Shown here piece after piece: positions 60,147 through 64,000 of a DNA stretch of 64,000 nt. Where the stretch lies: assembly GCA_026416455.1 (NCBI GenBank), contig JAOAFE010000003.1:79805-143804 (forward strand), written 5' to 3'. Origin of the DNA: Syntrophales bacterium (lineage in GTDB: Bacteria; Desulfobacterota; Syntrophia; Syntrophales; UBA8958). Positions within the stretch are counted from its first letter, which is position 1, and each line of letters begins with the position of its first letter. The notes beneath the pieces were generated by a model. It had not been told where the DNA came from. It searched no databases and saw only the letters and a program-made list of their open reading frames with translations. The position numbers were made by a program, and so were the translations under genes.

Positions 60147-61196
60147 GTGTCGAAAGAGAAAATTCGTCTAACCCATACCGTTCGGGGGGCAGGCTGAGCT
60201 TGCAAAATAGGTCCGGGAGACCTGCAGGAAGCCTTAAAAGACCTTCCCCTAATTTCCCATCCCGATCTCATTGTAGGCATGGAACACAATGAGGACGCAG
60301 GCGTATACCGTTTAAGACCGGATTTGGCAATTATTCAAACGGTGGATTTTTTTACGCCCATCGTCGATGAGCCTTACCTTTTTGGGCAAATCGCGGTTGC
60401 CAATGCTTTAAGCGATGTCTATGCCATGGGAGGAACTCCTTTAACGGCTTTGAACATAGTTTGTTTTCCAACGGAGAGCATGCCCCTTTCCGTACTTCGT
60501 GAGGTTTTGGCCGGCGGTCTGGAAAAAATGAACGAAGCAAACGTCCTTCTCATCGGGGGTCATAGTGTTGATGATGAGGAGATTAAATATGGTCTCGCCG
60601 TCATGGGAATAGTTCACCCCGAGCGTGTCATCCTCAATCGAGGGGCCAAGGTCGGTGATCTTCTTATCTTGACGAAACCACTAGGTTCTGGTCTTTTAAG
60701 TACTGCCATGAAGGCGGACTGGGCCGATGAGGAATCACAAAAAGCTGCCATAAATACCATGAAGAGCCTGAACAAGTCTGCCGCTGAGTGTATGATCAAT
60801 ATAGGCGGCATTCATGCCTGTACAGATGTGACCGGTTTTGGCCTTATCGGTCATCTGTCCGAAATGATCGAAGGAGAGAGGATAGGGGTGGTGGTCGATT
60901 GTGATACCGTTCCTCTTTTACCTGGTCTGGCAGAGGTAGTCGAAAACGGTTACCTCCCCGGGGGGCTCTATCGGAACAAAAATTTCTTCCGGTCGAAATT
61001 TGAACAAACACCGTCGTGTCCCGATTGGTTGTTGGACGTTTTCTTTGACCCCCAGACCTCGGGAGGGCTTCTTATAGCAGTAGATCGAGCCAAAGCCTAT
61101 GAGTTGGTTGAAAAGATGCATAAAGTGGGCGTAAGCGAAGCCCGAATTATCGGCTTTTTTACCGACGATTTTGAGGGGAAAATACTTCTACGATGA
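60147..61196 (+). CDS. selD: selenide, water dikinase SelD, selenocysteine-containing (UGA at 60195-60197 read as Sec)
   Basis: GTG at 60147 follows AAGAGGA. Translation runs VSKEKIRLTHTVRGAG-U-ACKIGPGDL, in frame with the track ORF at 60279-61196 (DDAGVY and AIR-synthase-like domains). A SECIS-like hairpin lies downstream. Confidence 0.88.
60199..60228 (+). promoter_or_regulatory. SECIS-like hairpin downstream of the selD UGA
   Basis: Lower stem CUUGC/GCAGG, 5'-side bulge AAAAU, upper stem AGGUC/GACCU, apical loop CGGGA. The loop lies 17-21 nt after the UGA. Confidence 0.65.
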
Positions 61197-62245
61197 AACG
61201 GATAGAGGCTATACTTGGGCAAAAGGAAGAAACTATCTTCAACGTGTTTCGCCTGAAGTCCATGATGAAAAAAGGGGATAGTTTAGCTATTCTCATTTAT
61301 GGAAGTCCGGATCCGGATGCCGTTGCCTCGGCGATGGCCTTGCGAGAGCTATTAAGGCAACTGGTCGGTCTTTCAAATTGCCAAATATTGGCGACCGAAC
61401 CTCCTCGGCGTATTCAGAATGCCCTTTTTATTAAGGCCATGCGGGTAGATATAGAATCGTTGGGAAAGGTGCAACTAAGAGACTTCAAACATGTTGCTGT
61501 GGTCGATGCTCAACCCACATTTTTCGGTTCTCTTTTGAACGGAGTTCAACCACAAATTGTCATTGATCATCATCCCGTAACAACTGTATGGCATGCCAAA
61601 CTGGCAGATGTAAGGCAAAATTATGGTGCCCTTTCTACCATAATGCTGGAATACTTGTTGGCCGCCAAGATAAGGATTCCTCGGCGCCTTTATACGGCCT
61701 TGCTTTATGGGATTAAGAGCGATACGAATAACTTCGAACGCGATGCCACGTTGGAAGATATCGGTGCGTACTATTTTACGTTTGCCCGTGCTAATCGAGA
61801 GTTAATTCGCCGTATTGAACTTAACCAAATTCCCGAGAGATATCTAAAATCTTTCGAACACGCCTTTTCCTATCGGCGTAGATATCGGGACCGTGTTGTT
61901 TGCTATCTAGGCAAGGTCGAAAGCGCTGACGTATGTGTTCAGGTAGCCGACTTTTACCTGCGCGTCGTTGATATCTACTACGTCGTTATAGCCGGGATTG
62001 TTAAGGACAAATTTATTATCGTTTTCCGCGGAGATGGATATAGGCGAGATTGCGGCAGTATCGCTCGCCATGCGTTTGGAAAATATGGAAGTGCAGGAGG
62101 ACATAAAAGCGCCGCCCGCGTAGAAATACCGCTCGAAAATCTGGCCGACTTACTCCCTTCCGATTTCCCGCAGAGACCGGTCGAACAATTTCTCCTTCAG
62201 CGATTACGGCGACGCCCGAGAGGGTTAAATATCAACGGAAAATAG
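61193..62245 (+). CDS. DHH/DHHA1 family phosphoesterase (NrnA-like)
   Basis: GSPDPDAVAS, VIDHH and GGHKSAA motifs. 4-nt overlap with selD. Confidence 0.8.
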   Translation: MKRIEAILGQKEETIFNVFRLKSMMKKGDSLAILIYGSPDPDAVASAMALRELLRQLVGLSNCQILATEPPRRIQNALFIKAMRVDIESLGKVQLRDFKHVAVVDAQPTFFGSLLNGVQPQIVIDHHPVTTVWHAKLADVRQNYGALSTIMLEYLLAAKIRIPRRLYTALLYGIKSDTNNFERDATLEDIGAYYFTFARANRELIRRIELNQIPERYLKSFEHAFSYRRRYRDRVVCYLGKVESADVCVQVADFYLRVVDIYYVVIAGIVKDKFIIVFRGDGYRRDCGSIARHAFGKYGSAGGHKSAARVEIPLENLADLLPSDFPQRPVEQFLLQRLRRRPRGLNINGK

Positions 62246-62261
62246 GATCGGTGGTCAAATA

Positions 62262-62513
62262 TCAATTGTTGTCAGTTTTTTCTTTTCCCTCTTTCTCTTT
62301 TTCCGTTGTTGGCTCTGATCCCGTCGAGGGTTTTTTCCCTGCGTAGTCTGTTACGTACCATCCGCTGCCTTTCAAATGAAAGGAAGACAGAGAAACAAGC
62401 TTTGATACCGGGCCTTCGCAGAATTGGCATTGCCTAATCTCTGGATCAGATATGCGTTGGAAGACCTCAAATTCCTTCCCGCACTTTTTGCATTTGTATT
62501 CATATATAGGCAT
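62262..62513 (-). CDS. FmdB-family zinc-ribbon protein
   Basis: MPIYEYKCKKCGKEFEV....CQFCEG, followed by a G/S/E/K-rich tail. Confidence 0.85.
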   Translation of the reverse strand: MPIYEYKCKKCGKEFEVFQRISDPEIRQCQFCEGPVSKLVSLSSFHLKGSGWYVTDYAGKKPSTGSEPTTEKEKEGKEKTDNN

Positions 62514-62542
62514 CTCCGATCAACCTCCTTGGAGCTTAATTA

Positions 62543-63034
62543 CTAGCAGATTTGGTATCTGTTACTAAAGCAATCGATCACGAGTTTTAAATCTGCATTC
62601 ATGCAAGGTTGTAAAACGTTTCTGGTTATGATGTGAACCCTCTCCTCTTCTCTTCTTTTTTCTTCTTCTGGTGCTTCAAAGTCTGCTTCCCCTCGAGAGA
62701 ATCTTATAACATGTACCAGCTCATGTGCCGCTATGTAGAGAAGCAAAGCTGGCAATTTAATAAAAGATTTCGCCCTCCCCACGGCATCGAGGATCAAACT
62801 GTCCTGGAGACAAACACGATAAAAATGCCCACGCTCGTATTCGTATCGGCACAAATGGGCGAAAGCCCCTTCTTGAACTTCATGGGCTTTGAGTTGAGCC
62901 ATAGTTCGTACATCATATTTCAGCTCTTTCGCGTTTTTCCAGTCAATGCCGAAGTGCCGATGGGCGATCTTTTCGGCGCTAAAAAAAGCATTTGCCGCTA
63001 TGTATAGCTCCGCCAGGTTGAAATAGCGACCCAT
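62543..63034 (-). CDS. hypothetical protein with HExxH motif (putative small metallopeptidase-like)
   Basis: 163 aa with AAHELVHVIRF. No family recognised by eye. Confidence 0.5.
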   Translation of the reverse strand: MGRYFNLAELYIAANAFFSAEKIAHRHFGIDWKNAKELKYDVRTMAQLKAHEVQEGAFAHLCRYEYERGHFYRVCLQDSLILDAVGRAKSFIKLPALLLYIAAHELVHVIRFSRGEADFEAPEEEKRREEERVHIITRNVLQPCMNADLKLVIDCFSNRYQIC

Positions 63035-63102
63035 TTTTTTGCCTCACCCAAAATTTAGAGCGATTAAGTATCGTTGTCAAGGGTGAAGGGGTTATTAATG
63101 TG

Positions 63103-63131
63103 TTGACGAAACTGTGGTTTGTTCTTATATG
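63103..63131 (+). promoter_or_regulatory. candidate sigma70 promoter
   Basis: TTGACG, 17-nt spacer, TATATG. Lies 22 nt upstream of the ATG at 63153. Confidence 0.35.
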
Positions 63132-63152
63132 TCACTTCGTGGAGGTTTTGAT

Positions 63153-63971
63153 ATGCGAATTTGTAGATATGTAACGAAAGCAGGTAGGGTGAGGATGGGC
63201 CTTTACCAACCGGTGGAGCCCGGGCGGGTACAGGTAATCGCCGGAGATATTTTTTCCGATTTCCGGGTAACAGAGGAATGTGATGAAATCGATCGGTTGC
63301 TCGCTCCGATAAAACCCCCTACTATATTTGCCTTGGGGTTTAACTATGGGAAACATGCCGAGGAAACGGGTGCCCGTATGCCCACAGTTCCCGTTCTCTT
63401 CATGAAGGCACCTACTAGTGTCATTGGGCCGGGAGAAAAAATATTATTGCCCCTGGCCGGTCCAGAGCGGGTGGATTATGAAGGAGAGCTTGCCGTGATA
63501 ATTGGAAAGAGGGGTAAGAACATTAGCCGGGAAAATGCCCTCGATTACGTATTTGGTTATACCTGTGCAAATGATGTAAGCGCCCGGGACTGGCAGATGG
63601 ATAAGGAACGGGGTCAAAAGGGACAGTGGGTTCGAGGAAAGAGTTTTGATACCTTCTGTCCACTGGGGCCATGCATTGTAACGGTTGACGAGATTCCAGG
63701 GGTTCCGGATTTGAAGATTCGCACGTGGTTAAACAACCAGATTGTTCAGAGTGCCTCCACGAGGGATATGATATTCGATATTCCTACTATTGTTAGTGAG
63801 TTAAGTCGCTCTATGACCCTGGAGCCCGGCACGGTTATCTTAACGGGAACACCTGAAGGAGTGGGCTACACACGTGTTCCGCCTCTTTTTCTGCGTCCAG
63901 GAGATGAAATTAAGGTAGAAATAGAACAGATTGGTGTACTTATTAACAACGTTGATCTGGAAAGATCTTGA
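63153..63971 (+). CDS. fumarylacetoacetate hydrolase (FAH) family protein
   Basis: DYEGELAVIIG, NDVSARD and LTGTPEGVG motifs. ATG at 63153 follows GGAGG. The track start is 63114. Confidence 0.88.
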   Translation: MRICRYVTKAGRVRMGLYQPVEPGRVQVIAGDIFSDFRVTEECDEIDRLLAPIKPPTIFALGFNYGKHAEETGARMPTVPVLFMKAPTSVIGPGEKILLPLAGPERVDYEGELAVIIGKRGKNISRENALDYVFGYTCANDVSARDWQMDKERGQKGQWVRGKSFDTFCPLGPCIVTVDEIPGVPDLKIRTWLNNQIVQSASTRDMIFDIPTIVSELSRSMTLEPGTVILTGTPEGVGYTRVPPLFLRPGDEIKVEIEQIGVLINNVDLERS

Positions 63972-64000
63972 CCGTTGATATGGAAGGATTAAAATTAACG

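Overview
This 64-kb window is an origin-proximal stretch of core chromosome from a Gram-negative-type bacterium, as shown by Tol-Pal, KdsB and LolB-like genes. Almost every base is accounted for by housekeeping genes. From left to right these are: a liv-type branched-chain amino-acid ABC transporter with a PaaK-like ligase; a partial his operon (hisI-hisG-hisB-lipoprotein-hisA); HIT-yqeY-dnaG-rpoD; a tRNA(CAT); a COG1579 zinc-ribbon gene abutting RNase P RNA (rnpB); an envelope block (Ctp protease, TPR lipoprotein, LolB-like protein, cpoB-pal-tolB-tolA-tolR-tolQ); the EF-P modification cluster (epmB-efp-epmA); fdhD-selB; kdsB-rsmG-parA-parB-dnaA-dnaN-gyrB-gyrA; archease-rtcB; bacterioferritin; a MoxR/VWA pair; a permease/thioredoxin/TSUP/methyltransferase operon; murI-yjbQ; a cluster of thioredoxin-fold genes; thrC; and selD-DHH phosphoesterase. 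I found no transposases, integrases, CRISPR arrays or recognisable defence genes, so I cannot point to a clear novel multi-gene system. Five things deserve a second look. (1) The rpoD gene ends without a recognisable region 4.2 and carries a nested inverted-repeat structure in its 3' end. (2) selD is a UGA-recoded selenoprotein gene with a SECIS-like hairpin, which the ORF track truncates. (3) A perfect 16-bp parS palindrome sits on the start codon of a secreted thioredoxin gene. (4) The dnaA region has candidate oriC and operator elements. (5) There are several unusual architectures: a lipoprotein where hisH is expected, a SurA_N-like/thioredoxin fusion, and about 300 bp of unexplained intergenic sequence upstream of murI. 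All family assignments come from reading motifs by eye. No database search was run.
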